The position numbers and the translations under genes were made by a program. Shown here piece by piece: positions 24,901-35,372 of a DNA stretch of 64,000 nucleotides; positions within the stretch are counted from its first letter, which is position 1, and each line of letters starts with the position of its first letter. The notes below the pieces were generated by a model. The model was not told the origin of the DNA and ran no database searches. It saw nothing but the letters and a program-made list of their open reading frames with translations. The DNA comes from Octopus vulgaris. Its lineage: Eukaryota. The stretch spans positions 95,418,001-95,482,000 of the forward strand of contig OX597824.1 in NCBI GenBank assembly GCA_951406725.2. Reading direction: 5' to 3'.

Positions 24901-27900
24901 TCTGAGATTTGAACCCACGATCGATCCCTCAACCGTGAATCCACTGCTCTAACCACTATGCCATGTGCCTCCACAGTTTGGACATAGGTGTGTGTATTTG
25001 TCATTTGAGCAAGCCACTTCATTTCACTTTGCTCCGATCTACTCAGCTGTAGAAATGAGTTTAGCCTGGAGAGGGACGGGCTCCACCAAGTTTTCTTTGC
25101 CCTAGATACACTGCATGGCTGCAGCACCCGAACGACCCCAGCGAGCTGGCAGAATTGTTACTGTGCCAGAGAAAATGCTTAGTGACATATCTGCTGCTGG
25201 GGGTCAGCTTTGTCTTTCATTCTTTTGGGGTCGATAAAACAAGTACCAGTTGAGCACCCAGTGGGGGTCGATACGATCGACTTGCTCCCTTCCCATGAAA
25301 TTGCTGGCCTTGTGCCACAATTTCAAACTAATATTTAACTGACATTCAAGCAATTGGGAAATATTCATCTTGTTTTGTAGGCATACAGACTTGAACGACT
25401 TGGAGAAAAGGAACGTTTCCGTCCATTTGAAGAATTAGCAAATCATAAACTGCTTTGGCATGGCTCTCGAGTTACCAACTTTGCTGGTATTTTGTCACAA
25501 GGTCTGCGAGTAGCACCCCCAGAAGCACCAGTGGTAAGTTACCTAAATACATTTCGTCTGTAATATAGGGTGAATATAAATACTTGTTCATTAACGTAAG
25601 TGGACCACTGCCATGATGTCAGGTGATTGTTGGAAGACAATACCAATCTGCAAATTCACAAAATATAAAGCTGCAAATAGCAAAATATATAAGCAACAGT
25701 ATATATCATGACTGGAATGAGTCTGTGTGTGTGTGTATCCAGGGTGTGGTGAATAAACTGTTGTCTAAATTACGCAAAAATGAAAATAACACTGACATCT
25801 CATTTCGACAGATATATTTACCAAAATTACATAAAACTATCTTGAAATACTAAAGAGTAAATTTATTCAATAAAATTGCCATTGACTTCAACCATGGCCT
25901 CCAGACAACTTCAGAATCTCCTGCAACTCTTCTGGATGGTCTCCTTGTTTAAGATGGTGAATGATGTCATAATCCTTACTTTTGGGTCATCTTTAGTGTT
26001 ATGAGGAGTTTTGTTGGTCTCTCGCTCAACTGCACCCCACACATAATAATCAAAGGGGTTGCAGTCTGAGGAGTTAGGTGGCCAGATGTTAGAAATTGTC
26101 TGACAGCCATGACTGGGTTCACCTGCTTGTGTGGCAGGGTGCAGAGTCCTGTTGCCAGACAGACATAGGCCTGTGGTTGATTTCTTTGACCATCGACAGT
26201 GCTCCAGCATGGCTGCAGTCACATGACTGAAACAAGTAAAACAAAAATCTATGCCATTTTAATTCCGAGCAAGGCTGGATATCTCTGCTAGTTATTATTA
26301 TTCAGGTCACTGCCTGGAATTGAACTCAGGATCTTGGGGTAGTAGTAGTTAGGAGCGCGGGCTACTAACCCCAAGATTCCGAGTTCAATTCCAGGTAGTG
26401 AGCTGAATACCATCACCTTCCCAGCTACCCCCACCCACTCTTGTATAATGTGGGGTAGCCATGTATCTCCTCTACCTGTGCTTGTTCCTCTGTCATACTT
26501 CAGATTCTCAACACCTGGCATAAAGCTATGCCCACTTCTTTCAAATATTCCCCCACCATCACTTGGTTGAACGGAGCTTTTTTTGTGACCTCACTAACGT
26601 CATTGGCATGAAAAAAAAGAAGCACCTAGCACACACTGTAAAGTGGTTGGCATTAGGGAGGTATCCAACCCCAGAAACCATGTCAAGGCTGACACTGGAA
26701 ACTGACTCAGCCTCGGGGCTTGCTAGATCCTGTTAACCCTTTTGTTACCATATTTCTACTGAGATGCTGTGTGTTTCTTTCAATTATTTTAAATATAACA
26801 AAGAATTTAGTAAAATAACTTAGTTGTCATTAAGCTAGTGTTAGGAACATAAATTGTGACTAAGGTTTGGTGGAAGATTTTTAATTCAAAACTTATGGAA
26901 ACAAGACATTTTTATTACAAGGCCAGGAGCGGTTTCAGCTAGGTTGGTATCGAAAGTGTTAAACTCTCCAATCCATGCCAACATGGAAAACAGACATTAA
27001 ATAATAATAATGGTGATGTTTCTCTCTTTCAGACTGGTTATATGTTTGGTAAAGGCATTTACTTTGCTGATATGGTATCCAAAAGTGCAAACTATTGTCA
27101 CACAAGCAAAAATGATCCAGTGGGTTTGATACTTCTGTGTGATGTTGCCCTAGGAAGCATGTAAGAGATATTTTACATTTCATTGTATTATTATTTTAAA
27201 ATTATATCATGCTAATAAGATTGTTGTATTAATGGCAAAGCTGTTTATTTCTTAAAAGATGTTTAGGATCAACTTGATAAAATTATCATTTTTTGGTTAC
27301 TTTTGAGCATTCTTTAAATTGTGAATTTGATACCCAGTGACCATTTTGTTCTTGAGCAAGACACTTTTTTTTTTTCAAAGGGCCAGCCTTGTCACATTCT
27401 GTGTCACTATAAGTCTCCCTGAGAACTGCATTAAGGGTGTGCATGTTTGTAGAGTGCTCTGCCACTTACACATAAATTTCACGAGCAAGCTGTTCCTGGG
27501 ACCCTTGTCAGAACCCAGGGAGAGCCAGTTTTTTTTTCTTTTTAATATTGTCAGATGTTGGTTAATGTTTAGATAATGTAATATATTTGATGGCATGAAA
27601 GACACCTTTTGAGACACCAGAAAAGTGTCTCAAAAATTCACCCCAGATCCTACATGGAAAGCTGGGCCTATATTACATTCCTTAATGCACTAAAAGCTTT
27701 TTTTTTTCTTGAATATGTGCTGCTGAAATTATTGTGCCTCTGATATGCACTGGTACTAGTACCACATAAGAAGCCCTTGTACTGGTGCCATGTAAAAAGC
27801 TTCCAGTATACTCTGTAAAGTGGTTGGCATTAGGAAGGGCATCCAACTGTAGAAACTATGCCAAAATAGACAGCGGAATCTGATGTGGATCTTGGTCATT

Positions 27901-28775
27901 CCAGCTCCTGTCAAAACATCCAACCCATGCCAGCATGGAAAACAACATTGAATGATGATGCTGGTGATCTTTTATGCCATCAAATTCGGTAATGCAGACA
28001 CGTAATACAGTGTTATACCTTGAAATGTCTTTTTTTTTAAATTTAGTGCTTGCATATTGAATTAATTGAAAAGTTACTTTTTGTATCTTTGTAGAAGAAA
28101 AGAAAACTGGGGTGGCATTTTATTTATTTACTTAGAATACTTTTAGAGATGCTTCTGTACATATGGCATTACAAATTTCTAGACAAGAGGTATTGCAAAA
28201 CATGGCCTGGCTCTTGAGTCAAAACGTTTTTTTTTTTTTTTTTTTGCTGAGTTGATATAAAAATAATTGCTTTAACAATTTGTACAAATTTTAGAACAAT
28301 TTTCTGTTGTTGAATAATATATAACAAAATTTGTTTCCAATTCTGCTGCAGGTATGAGCTAACATCTGCTAATTATGTAACATCTTTGCCAAAGGGCAAA
28401 CACAGCACTAAAGGTAAGACTTTCTGCACAAGTATTTTTGCTGGACAATTATTGTAGTACACCTGTCACATTTTCCTTCTGTTGTTGAGTACAGTATCTT
28501 TGTAAACCCAAAATAAACATAAATTATTGTTATATATCACACTTTAGCAAATCAACTTCTATGGATACATGTTGCTCTTTTACTATTTACTTGTTTCAGT
28601 CATTTGACTGTGGCCATGCTGGAGCACCGCCTTTAGTCAAGCAAATCGACCCCAGAACTTATTCTTTGTAAGCCTAGTACTTATTCTATCAGTCTATTTT
28701 GCCGTACCGCTAAGTTACGGGGACGTAAACACACCAGCATCGGTTGTCATGCGATGTTGGGTGGGACAAACACAG

Positions 28776-28833
<58 letters not shown>

Positions 28834-31222
28834 GATGGGCTTCTTTCAGTTTTCGCCTACCAAATCCACTCACAAGGCTTTGGTCGGCTTGAGGCTATAG
28901 TAGAAGACACTTGCCTAAGGAACCACGCTGTGGGACTGAACCAGGAACCACGCTGTGGTTCATAAGCAAGCTACTTACCACACAGCCACTCCTACGCCTG
29001 TGTTGCTAAGTTTCATTAAAATATTTCTTAAATGACTGACTTGTTTAGTAGAATCATTAAATGTATTACTATTACATTGCAATGTGCTCCCTAGAAAAAG
29101 GGGGTCTGAGATGTTTTGGCATTGCTGTTTCAATGCTGGCTTATTTATCATTAGGCATTTTAATGTTTCTCTCCTTCTTTCCCCACCTCCCCCCTTTTTC
29201 ATCCTTCCTCTTTGTGTTTGTCTGTGAGAAGAGAGGAAGTGTTTATGTTGATTGGGCTCAATTAATAAATGCAATGCCCCGCCCCCACCCCACTCTCCCC
29301 TGCATGTGTAAGCATTTATGTGTTTGCTTCTGGCACCAAAACAGACTGAAATGTCCACTCAGCTCTGCCAAATTATCTCATTCTGGGGAAAGGTGTGTCT
29401 ACATTTGCCTACAGTTTGCATAAAAAGGATAAGAAAATACAAAATCTCACTGAAAAATAAAATCATTTTAAAGATTCAAAAAAATGTCAACTAAATTGTA
29501 GTTGGGAGATTACACAGCTTCCTCAAGTAGTTGACCTCAGCTTCCACCACGACCTCAAGATGACTCCAGAACCTGGTGCATGTGTTCCTCACTGTGTCCC
29601 TTGGAAGTTCTTTGATGGTCTTGGCCACCAGCTCGGCTTTGATGTTACAGACAGAGCTGTTGGTGTCTTTCTCAATTGTGACTCACATGTAGTAATCCAT
29701 GGGATTATGGCCAGAGGAATTTGGAGGCCTGAAATTGGAGCTGTTGAAGTCATAAAAATTCTCCGACAACCACTTCTGACTCTTTCTGGAGGTATGACAA
29801 GGAGCCAAATCCTGCTGCCACATATGGTCTTCCAGCAGCAACCTTCCCCAGCCAGGGATTGACTACAGTCTCGAGCAGCTTCACACATCCTTCTGAGTTG
29901 AGCCTAAGACCCTGTTCAAAGATGTTGGGTGGTATGACATCACCTTCACTGGAGACATACCCAAAGACCTGTTGCTCATGGCCTTGTAGTCTCTGTTGCA
30001 GCTGTCCATGTTACATTTTACAGTCTTTACTGTGTTCACAGTGCAATGGGCAACTGTTGTGATGTCAACATTTTGATACCCGAAGCAAATTGTCCTGATA
30101 GAGGTAACTATTTTCAAATATTCAGATGGCTTCCAGTCCTCCATATCAGTTAACCTTTTCTCAACAACAATAATTTCTATGCTCTCCAACGCCTTTGAAT
30201 GTTAACCAATTTACGAAACAGCTGCTCCTGAAAAAAGAGACATAGCTAAGACACAAATTGCAGACGTGTGGTTAAATGGAGCTCAAATGCTCACTCATTC
30301 ATGTACTTATACTTTCACCCCACTCACATGTCTGCACACTCACTCAATTGTTTCTGCACTTTCTTTTGCAGGCTGTGGTAGGACAGTTCCGGATCCTAGT
30401 GGTCGACAGACATTTGATGGTGTTGAAATCCCAATGGGCAAAGGCGTTCCCTCGGATATCGACAACTCAAGTCTTTTGTACAATGAGTATCCTTCATCTA
30501 ATTGCTCAAAGTTTTTCTTAAATAATATTGTCTTTTGGTTAACCTATCATCATCATCATCGTCCTCATCATTCAACATCTGTTTTCCATGCTGGTATGGG
30601 TTGGACGGTTTGGCAGGAGCTGGCAAGCCAGAGCGCTATGCTAGGGCTCTGTTGTCTGCTCCAGCATGTTTTCTGTGGCTGGGTGTCCTTTCTAACATCA
30701 GCCACTTTACAATCTTTATCACTTTTATAATTTTCTCTCTCTTCTTTCTCTGTCACACATACACAATGCACATGGGGTCTTAAGTATTTAATTGGTTGTA
30801 TATAATACATGTTTTTAACTCATGGGGTAACATGTATTGTATATTCTGTAAGAGTACACATATACATGTAAGCATAGATATTTTTTTGAAATGACTATTT
30901 GATGGTATCTAAGACACACTTTCTTTTCAAAAACTACCCTGGATCTCATATGCAAAGTTGGGCCTCCCATAAGCTTTAATGCTCTAAAACCGTTTTCCCT
31001 TGAATATGTGCCGTTGGAATTAAGATGTGTCTAAAATACCCGTGTGTCTTTTATGCCATCAGATACAGTATGTATTTTTATCTCTGCTTTCTGTTATAAC
31101 TTTGTATTTCAACAATTTTTACGCCATTTCACCTTAACCACATCACTAGATATATCGTGTACGATGTTGCTCAAGTGAAAATCAAATATTTGCTTAGATT
31201 GAAGTTTAACTACAAATGGTGA
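1012..31222 (+). CDS. PARP1: Poly(ADP-ribose) polymerase 1, spliced gene, 5'-partial (23 exons in window, 2580 nt = 859 aa + stop)
   Basis: Exons joined at GT-AG sites with consistent phases give one ORF: ZnF2 C-half, NLS, ZnF3 (CPEC...C...WTKC), BRCT, WGR, helical domain, and ART domain with H-Y-E triad (LWHGSR, GIYFA, LYNEYIVY). ZnF1 and the start of ZnF2 lie upstream of the window. Confidence 0.97.
1690..1960 (+). mobile_element. Helentron/HINE-like non-autonomous element
   Basis: Subterminal hairpin ACCTCTGCC...GGCGAAGGT; homologous inverted copy at about 15880-16070. Confidence 0.5.
2560..2640 (+). CDS. PARP1: PARP1 exon ([20 protein letters not shown]...)
   Basis: tttcag/gtaaga, phase 2-2; resembles the end of ZnF2 (GFxxLxxEDK). 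Confidence 0.9.
   Translation, partial: HCWLQNSEEGRSKGIGGEIGQREQHQ
2723..3379 (+). mobile_element. hAT/Charlie-like MITE with a SINE nested inside (2894-3262)
   Basis: TIRs CAGTGCTACTCAAA / TTTAAGAAGCACTG; degenerate 8-bp TSD gtctacgt/gtctgcat. Confidence 0.75.
2894..3262 (-). mobile_element. RTE-tailed SINE ((ATG)n tail), one of more than a dozen copies
   Basis: (CAT)n-TTTAACGTCCGCTTTCCATGCTAGCATGGGTTGG; copies at e.g. 12944, 15568, 19906, 20818, 22826, 34536, 42486, 43436, 44307, 50565. Confidence 0.85.
3592..3673 (+). CDS. PARP1: PARP1 exon, bipartite NLS region ([18 protein letters not shown])
   Basis: ttgtag/gttggt, phase-consistent; KRK...KKPK. Confidence 0.88.
4969..5085 (+). CDS. 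PARP1: PARP1 exon, ZnF3/PADR1 N-part ([13 protein letters not shown]...IPSGESK)
   Basis: aag/gtgagt; similar to human AQNDLIW...VPSGES. Confidence 0.93.
5563..5717. mobile_element. Tc1-like MITE
   Basis: TA|CAGTTGTGGCCAAAAGTTTGGAACA ... TGTTCCAAACTTTTGGGCTTGACTG|TA. Confidence 0.75.
5932..6014 (+). CDS. PARP1: PARP1 exon, ZnF3 ([20 protein letters not shown])
   Basis: ttcag/gtatga; FGAL..CxxC motif. Confidence 0.94.
7022..7141 (+). CDS. PARP1: PARP1 exon, ZnF3 ([16 protein letters not shown])
   Basis: tttag/gtaagt; YxCTG...WTKC motif. Confidence 0.95.
8834..8918 (+). repeat. (TA)n(CA)n microsatellite
   Basis: Seen directly; similar tracts at 8568-8640, 21850-22010 and 28777-28832. Confidence 0.95.
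9273..9371 (+). CDS. PARP1: PARP1 exon, ZnF3-BRCT linker ([12 protein letters not shown]...SSVDVLDG)
   Basis: tttcag/gtaagt, phase 2-2 matches flanking exons. Confidence 0.88.
10200..10437 (+). mobile_element. CR1/L2-type LINE 3' end
   Basis: [17 protein letters not shown]...FKVSLD C-terminal motif followed by a 3' UTR ending in (TAAC)n. Confidence 0.75.
10579..10727 (+). CDS. PARP1: PARP1 exon, BRCT N-part ([12 protein letters not shown]...MGGQIV...AACISNK)
   Basis: ccag/gtaggc; BRCT GG motif. Confidence 0.93.
11832..11977 (+). CDS. PARP1: PARP1 exon, BRCT C-part ([17 protein letters not shown]...HNLAPWG)
   Basis: cacag/gtaaga; matches PARP1 VVSxxFL...PWG. Confidence 0.94.
12170..12310 (-). 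mobile_element. Penelope-like pLTR fragment carrying a minimal hammerhead motif
   Basis: Homologous to the inverted pair at 59280-59520; flanked by a 26-bp duplication TTTTGCTATATCAACTTATCTTTTCT. Confidence 0.55.
12259..12305 (-). ncRNA. Minimal type-I hammerhead-ribozyme-like motif, U3-A8 core variant
   Basis: Minus strand CUA-UUGAAAA-G-GUUGCA(AGA)UGCAAC-GAAA-AUUU-UAG: helix I, helix II and a palindromic helix III. Confidence 0.55.
12374..12434 (+). CDS. PARP1: PARP1 exon, automodification linker ([20 protein letters not shown])
   Basis: tttcag/gtaatt; needed for the phase 0 to 1 transition; carries a KS motif. Confidence 0.82.
13546..13623 (+). CDS. PARP1: PARP1 exon ([21 protein letters not shown])
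   Basis: tgtag/gtatgg; [10 protein letters not shown] signature. Confidence 0.95.
14442..14840 (+). repeat. Minisatellite of 25/29-bp units (CACATTTGATTGGTTAGTTATTAAACCGT)
   Basis: About 13-14 tandem units visible directly. Confidence 0.9.
15287..15419 (+). CDS. PARP1: PARP1 exon, WGR N-part ([31 protein letters not shown])
   Basis: ccag/gtaagt; GTNSYYKLQ motif. Confidence 0.96.
16455..16653 (+). CDS. PARP1: PARP1 exon, WGR core ([12 protein letters not shown]...[11 protein letters not shown])
   Basis: ttcag/gtaaaa; WGR motif. Confidence 0.97.
16995..17605 (+). repeat. Tandem array of about 60-bp SINE-internal units (about 10 copies)
   Basis: Repeating GCCACCGGTATGGGAGCCAGTCAGGTGGTACTGGCATCGACCACGC...GCTTTTTACGT; the same unit occurs 1-3 times in RTE-tailed SINEs. 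Confidence 0.9.
17684..17809 (+). CDS. PARP1: PARP1 exon, helical domain start ([23 protein letters not shown])
   Basis: ttcag/gtaagt. Confidence 0.95.
18732..18815 (+). CDS. PARP1: PARP1 exon ([23 protein letters not shown])
   Basis: tttag/gtttgt; MPLGKLS motif. Confidence 0.96.
20227..20349 (+). CDS. PARP1: PARP1 exon ([13 protein letters not shown]...PPLL)
   Basis: ttcag/gtaata; [10 protein letters not shown] motif. Confidence 0.96.
20424..20653 (-). mobile_element. piggyBac-like TTAA MITE, family A
   Basis: TTAACCCTTTAGTG...CACTAAAGGGTTAA terminal inverted repeats. Confidence 0.8.
22335..22466 (+). CDS. PARP1: PARP1 exon ([18 protein letters not shown]...[13 protein letters not shown])
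   Basis: cacag/gtaaat. Confidence 0.96.
23178..23406. mobile_element. TTAA-flanked MITE, family C (about 30-bp TIRs)
   Basis: TTAA-CCTGTTAATGCACAATGTCCAGAAAAATG ... CATTTTTCTGGACACTATGCACTAATGGG-TTAA. Confidence 0.7.
24542..24640 (+). CDS. PARP1: PARP1 exon, catalytic domain ([18 protein letters not shown])
   Basis: tgtag/gtaagt; NTHAxTH motif. Confidence 0.96.
25381..25533 (+). CDS. PARP1: PARP1 exon, catalytic His ([28 protein letters not shown])
   Basis: tgtag/gtaagt; PARP signature. Confidence 0.98.
25740..26160 (-). mobile_element. Tc1/mariner transposase remnant
   Basis: [16 protein letters not shown] resembles the WPxxSPDLNPxD motif at the third catalytic residue. Confidence 0.75.
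26733..26962 (+). mobile_element. piggyBac-like TTAA MITE, family B
   Basis: TTAACCCTTTTGTTACC start; near-identical copies at 32278-32504, 38841-39070, 49950-50157 (-), 60646-60877 and a partial at 1-60. Confidence 0.8.
27033..27160 (+). CDS. PARP1: PARP1 exon, catalytic Tyr ([22 protein letters not shown])
   Basis: ttcag/gtaaga; PARP signature. Confidence 0.98.
28352..28413 (+). CDS. PARP1: PARP1 exon ([20 protein letters not shown])
   Basis: tgcag/gtaaga; LPKGKHS motif. Confidence 0.95.
29420..30260 (-). mobile_element. Degraded Tc1/mariner element
   Basis: Minus strand encodes a frameshifted [14 protein letters not shown] motif and an N-terminal HTH-like stretch; similar to the 25740 copy. 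Confidence 0.65.
30372..30486 (+). CDS. PARP1: PARP1 penultimate exon ([10 protein letters not shown]...SSLLYN, first 2 nt of catalytic Glu)
   Basis: tgcag acceptor; ends GA followed by U12-type donor GTATCCTT. Confidence 0.95.
30487..31149 (+). other. U12-type (minor spliceosome) GT-AG intron
   Basis: 5' splice site GTATCCTT; branch point CCTTAAC at 31132-31138 about 12 nt before TAG; no polypyrimidine tract. Confidence 0.93.
30893..31069. mobile_element. Tc1/pogo-type MITE inside the U12 intron
   Basis: TATTTGATGGTATCTAAGACAC ... GTGTCTTTTATGCCATCAGATACAGTA inverted ends; related copy at 27580-27992 interrupted by a SINE. Confidence 0.6.
31150..31222 (+). CDS. PARP1: PARP1 last coding exon ([24 protein letters not shown])
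   Basis: YIVYD..QV..KYLL C-terminus; TGA at 31220-31222. Confidence 0.96.
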
Positions 31223-31275
31223 ACGTGCCTTTACAGAGATGAAACCGAAAGAGAGAGAGAGAGAGAGAGAGACTG

Positions 31276-31338
31276 AATAAAAGCTACAGAACTGACACCT
31301 TTTTATCTACTTTGTTTTAATCTGTGATTTCTAATAAA
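31276..31338 (+). terminator. Candidate PARP1 polyadenylation signals (AATAAA at 31276 and 31333)
   Basis: Canonical hexamers just after the stop and a (GA)n tract; further AATAAA occur downstream, so the site used is unknown. Confidence 0.4.
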
Positions 31339-34300
31339 AAAGCAAAACCCCCTTTTCTCTGCCTTTGATGAAACGGCTGTCTAGCACTGTTGCCATAGAC
31401 TGCTTTCTCATCTGTTCTTACTCCATGATGGCAACTATTATGTTAAATCTCATTTGTGTTTCACATACCACATAAAACACTATTTTATACAGGATTTTAC
31501 TAAATTTTTTTATCTGATTTTTAGTTAGTATTTTCCTATTTGTTGAATTTTTTCCCCACCTCTCCAAACATGTGACTTATTTACTCTTATTGTTAAAAAC
31601 TACAGTGATAGTGAAAGTTTATTCAATAAATAGTCAACTATTTTCTAATTTCAAAGTAACTATTTAGTTTATGTTCGCCTTTCTGATTCATTCTTCTATT
31701 TCATATTGTTGGTCATAATAAATATTAACTCATGGATGTGGCAGAAATAAATCCATTTTTCCCACCACTTTAAACACCTTTGTGATTTTAGATTAATTGC
31801 TGCTAATCTTTAACCCTTTAGTATTAAGATTACTCTGTCAGATTTAATGCCTATTTATCCAGGTTTTTTTTTTTTAATTAATCCTACATTATCGCATGGT
31901 TTTGAGATTTCAGTGATGTGATTGCTTACTTTTAGAATGAAATTGTAAGAGACACATGAAAGGCCGAATCTGTCTAGTTCAAACATAAAGCAGGTAGAAT
32001 ATGTGGGCCCTGGTAGAATATATGGCTAGTTAAGATGCTGAAGGGTTAAGATTCTTCATTTTATTCTAATAAACTTCTGAATGACCCTTCTTTGGAAGCA
32101 TTACATCTATTTATAGACACAAAAATATGAGTTCCTTTCAGTTGATTTTGTTTTAAATGTTATCCTCTCAACTCTTTATTTTTGTTTTTAGCACATTCCA
32201 AATTAATCTGATACTCATTGCTAAGTTGAAAGTTAATCAAAAAAGTACTCTATTATAATCAGAGTAATAAAATTATGTTAATCCTTTTGTTACGGTATTT
32301 CTGTTGAGAAGCTCTGTGTTTCTTTCAATTGCTTTAAATATAACAAAGAATCTAGTAAAATAACTTAGTTATCATTCAGCTGGTGTTAGGAACATAAATT
32401 GTGACTAAGGTTTGGTGGGAGATTTTAATTGAAAACTTGTGAAAAACGACATTTGTACTCAGAGCCAGAACTGGTTTCAGCCGGGTTGGTAATGAAAGGG
32501 TTAAAGACAGTTGGTAAAATCAATGGAATCTGTGGACTGATATCATCCCAGGTGACATTCATTCTCGTATGAAAGATTTGATCTTGATACTCTAATAAAT
32601 GATTTAGAAAAGGATAAGGTTTATTTAACTTTCTCCAATGAATAGTTTTTCCCCTGTTTTAATTTTAGTACCATTTTTCATGGGGAGGGAGGTTTCTGTT
32701 GAGTTCTTTGTCCAGGCATTGGACAGTGTTATTAAAAAAAGGAAATTACTATTAGGTCAAATGTCTTATTCAGAAGATCGTTATATTTCTTCATAACTTT
32801 CATAGAAAACGTTTTGATTTCTTTTTTCTTGTCTCCAAAATATTCCTTAAAATGTTTCCTTTTGTGGATAATCCCTTGACATAACTTGGATGCATTTCTA
32901 CCATTACATAAATTTACTTCAAGATATCACCATCCTAAAAAAATCATTTACTTTCAAAATATGCTTATTTTAACCAATAGTCAAGTGATTTTTTTTTCTC
33001 CATTCCAACTGTGCCTCATTGTTGTAAATTTATCCAACTTTCTAATATTGTTTAAAACCATTTATATTCAGGTTTTTCCTTGATTATTTTTTCCTCCCTC
33101 ATTTCGTTTTCATTTGACCATTTTCTCCTATGCAAGTTGTTTTTATTTTTTTACATTTTTACTTGAAAGTATTAGAGATAAATTTTCTTGTTACTACTGC
33201 TAAAAGCTTTCTTGTTGGCCATTCTGTGATTATGTTTATTTTTGACATCATATCACTTAATCCCTTATGTTCACCTTTTTATATTTTATAATCATATGAA
33301 ACATCAGGAATTTGTTGTATAATGTGTATTCTCATAGTTAAACAAATAACCATTTATTCATGACTTTACTCGGCTTCTGCCATTGCATGTGGTTGACAAG
33401 AATTTATGCTACCAGCGCTGAATTTTTCAGGCTGTTGCTAGCTGTCAAAATGCCGCTCCATACCTCTGCAGTGGTCACCACAACTTGTGAAAGGGAAGTC
33501 GTTTTTGAAGAATAATTTTATATCATGCATGGGTTGTATGAAACTGATAATAAAGAATTTCTGTTGTAATAAAAAAAAAAATTGTTTATTTTATTTTAAT
33601 TAAAAAAAATTTTTTTTAGCATAAATATAAAATTTTTGCTGGAAAGATATATTACTTAGAAAAGTAACCACAAAGTTTTAACCTTTATTGTGCAACCAAG
33701 CATGCAACTATGGAAATACACTTCTTCAAATACCATTGGATACCACTGATGTTATTTGGGTCCATAACCATTTACCAGTCGAAGCTGGCGGAATATCATG
33801 TAACATTGGTTTTATTTTTATTTTTTATCTTGTTTCACTCCTTAGACTGCAGCCATGCTGGAGCACCACCTTGAAGATTTTTCAATCAAATGAATCAACC
33901 CTTATGTTTTTTTAAGTCTGGTACTTATTCTATCAGTCTCTTTTGTTGAGTTGCTAAGTTATGAGGATGTAAACGTGCACACACACACACACACACACAT
34001 ATGCGATGGGATTTTTTCAGTTTCCGTCTACCACATCCATTCACAAGGCTTTGGTTGTCCTAAAGCCATAGTAGAAGACATTTGCCTAAGGTACCATGCA
34101 ATGGAATTGAACTTGAAACCATGTGGTTGAAACCCAAACCTCTTGACCACAAAATTACATATTTACCCTGTACAATTCATATATTGGGCTTAGAGAGGCA
34201 ACCGGAGGCTGTTTGTTAATTTGGGGTTAAAATTGGCTGACAATTGTTTAAAAGAAGCTTTTTAAGAATTCTCCTTTGGCGAGTTGAGTATTCCAGCCAT

Positions 34301-35130
34301 TCATTATATCCTTTCTATTCCTGGAAGGGTTTTTGGGGTAGACTCCCTAGGCCCCACTTCCATAGGGTCCTGTCAGAAGTAACCATCATTTCACTTTCTG
34401 ATTAGATTCCCAAGTATCAACCATCTCGTTCCTGATCTAATTCTAGATTTTCCACTGGATGGTTTAGCTTGAAGAATCAGTTTTGTGTTTCTTTCCTGCG
34501 ACATTTCTAATCACACGAAAAGGAGCCGAGTATTCATCATCATCATCATCATTTAACATCCATTGTCCATGCTGGCATGGGTTGGACGGTTTGACCAGGG
34601 CTGGTAAACTGGACGGCTGTACCAGACTCCAGTCTGATTTGGCATAGTTTTCTACGGTAGGATGCCCTTCCTAACACCAACCACTCTGAGAGTGTAATGG
34701 GTGTTTTTTATGTGCCACCAGCAGTAATTAGTTAAGGTGTGTGGGTGTAAATAGATTTTTATCATTTATTAATTTCAGAGTAATAGATGGTAAAATTGGT
34801 AGAGTGCTCAGCCAAAAACCTTTGTCGTAATATCACATTCTATGTTCTTGACCCATTTGGTTTGATTTGACTTTGCCTTTTATTTTCACATCATCATCAT
34901 CATCATCATCATCATTTAACGTCCGTTTTCCATGCTAGCATGGGTTGGACGGTTCAACTGGGGTCTGAGAAGCTAGAAGGCTGCACCAGGCCCAGTCTGA
35001 TCCTGGTGCAGCCTTCTGGCTTCCCAGACTCCAGTTGAACCGTCCAACCCTGATAAAATTAGTATTGTTAAAACACTAGAGTCTATTTAGTTTTAACCAT
35101 ACCCTACAAATTCATATCTTTGTTCTAATG

Positions 35131-35372
35131 CAATGCTTTTCGGCTGGGGTCTATATCACCCTTAAAGGGTCCACATAAGATTTTGTTGTTCAAATGTACG
35201 TGCAATAAGTTACATGATTCTATAGTACACAAAATAATAAAAAAATTTTTGCACAATTCCTAATTATAAAAATATAAAAGGATTTTTCAAACATCGAATG
35301 GTTATGAGGGTCCACCTAAGTAAGATAGGGATCAAAAGGGTCCATTGGGGAAAAAATGGTTGAGAGCCACTG
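35131..35372 (-). mobile_element. hAT/Charlie-like MITE
   Basis: Perfect 8-bp TSD TTCTAATG on both sides; related copies at 22488-22737 and 57585-57816. Confidence 0.8.

Noticed and set aside
30266-30730. 154-aa ORF as an unspliced PARP1 C-terminus
   Set aside because: Similarity ends at LYNE; the conserved YIVYD...KYLL end is in the exon at 31150
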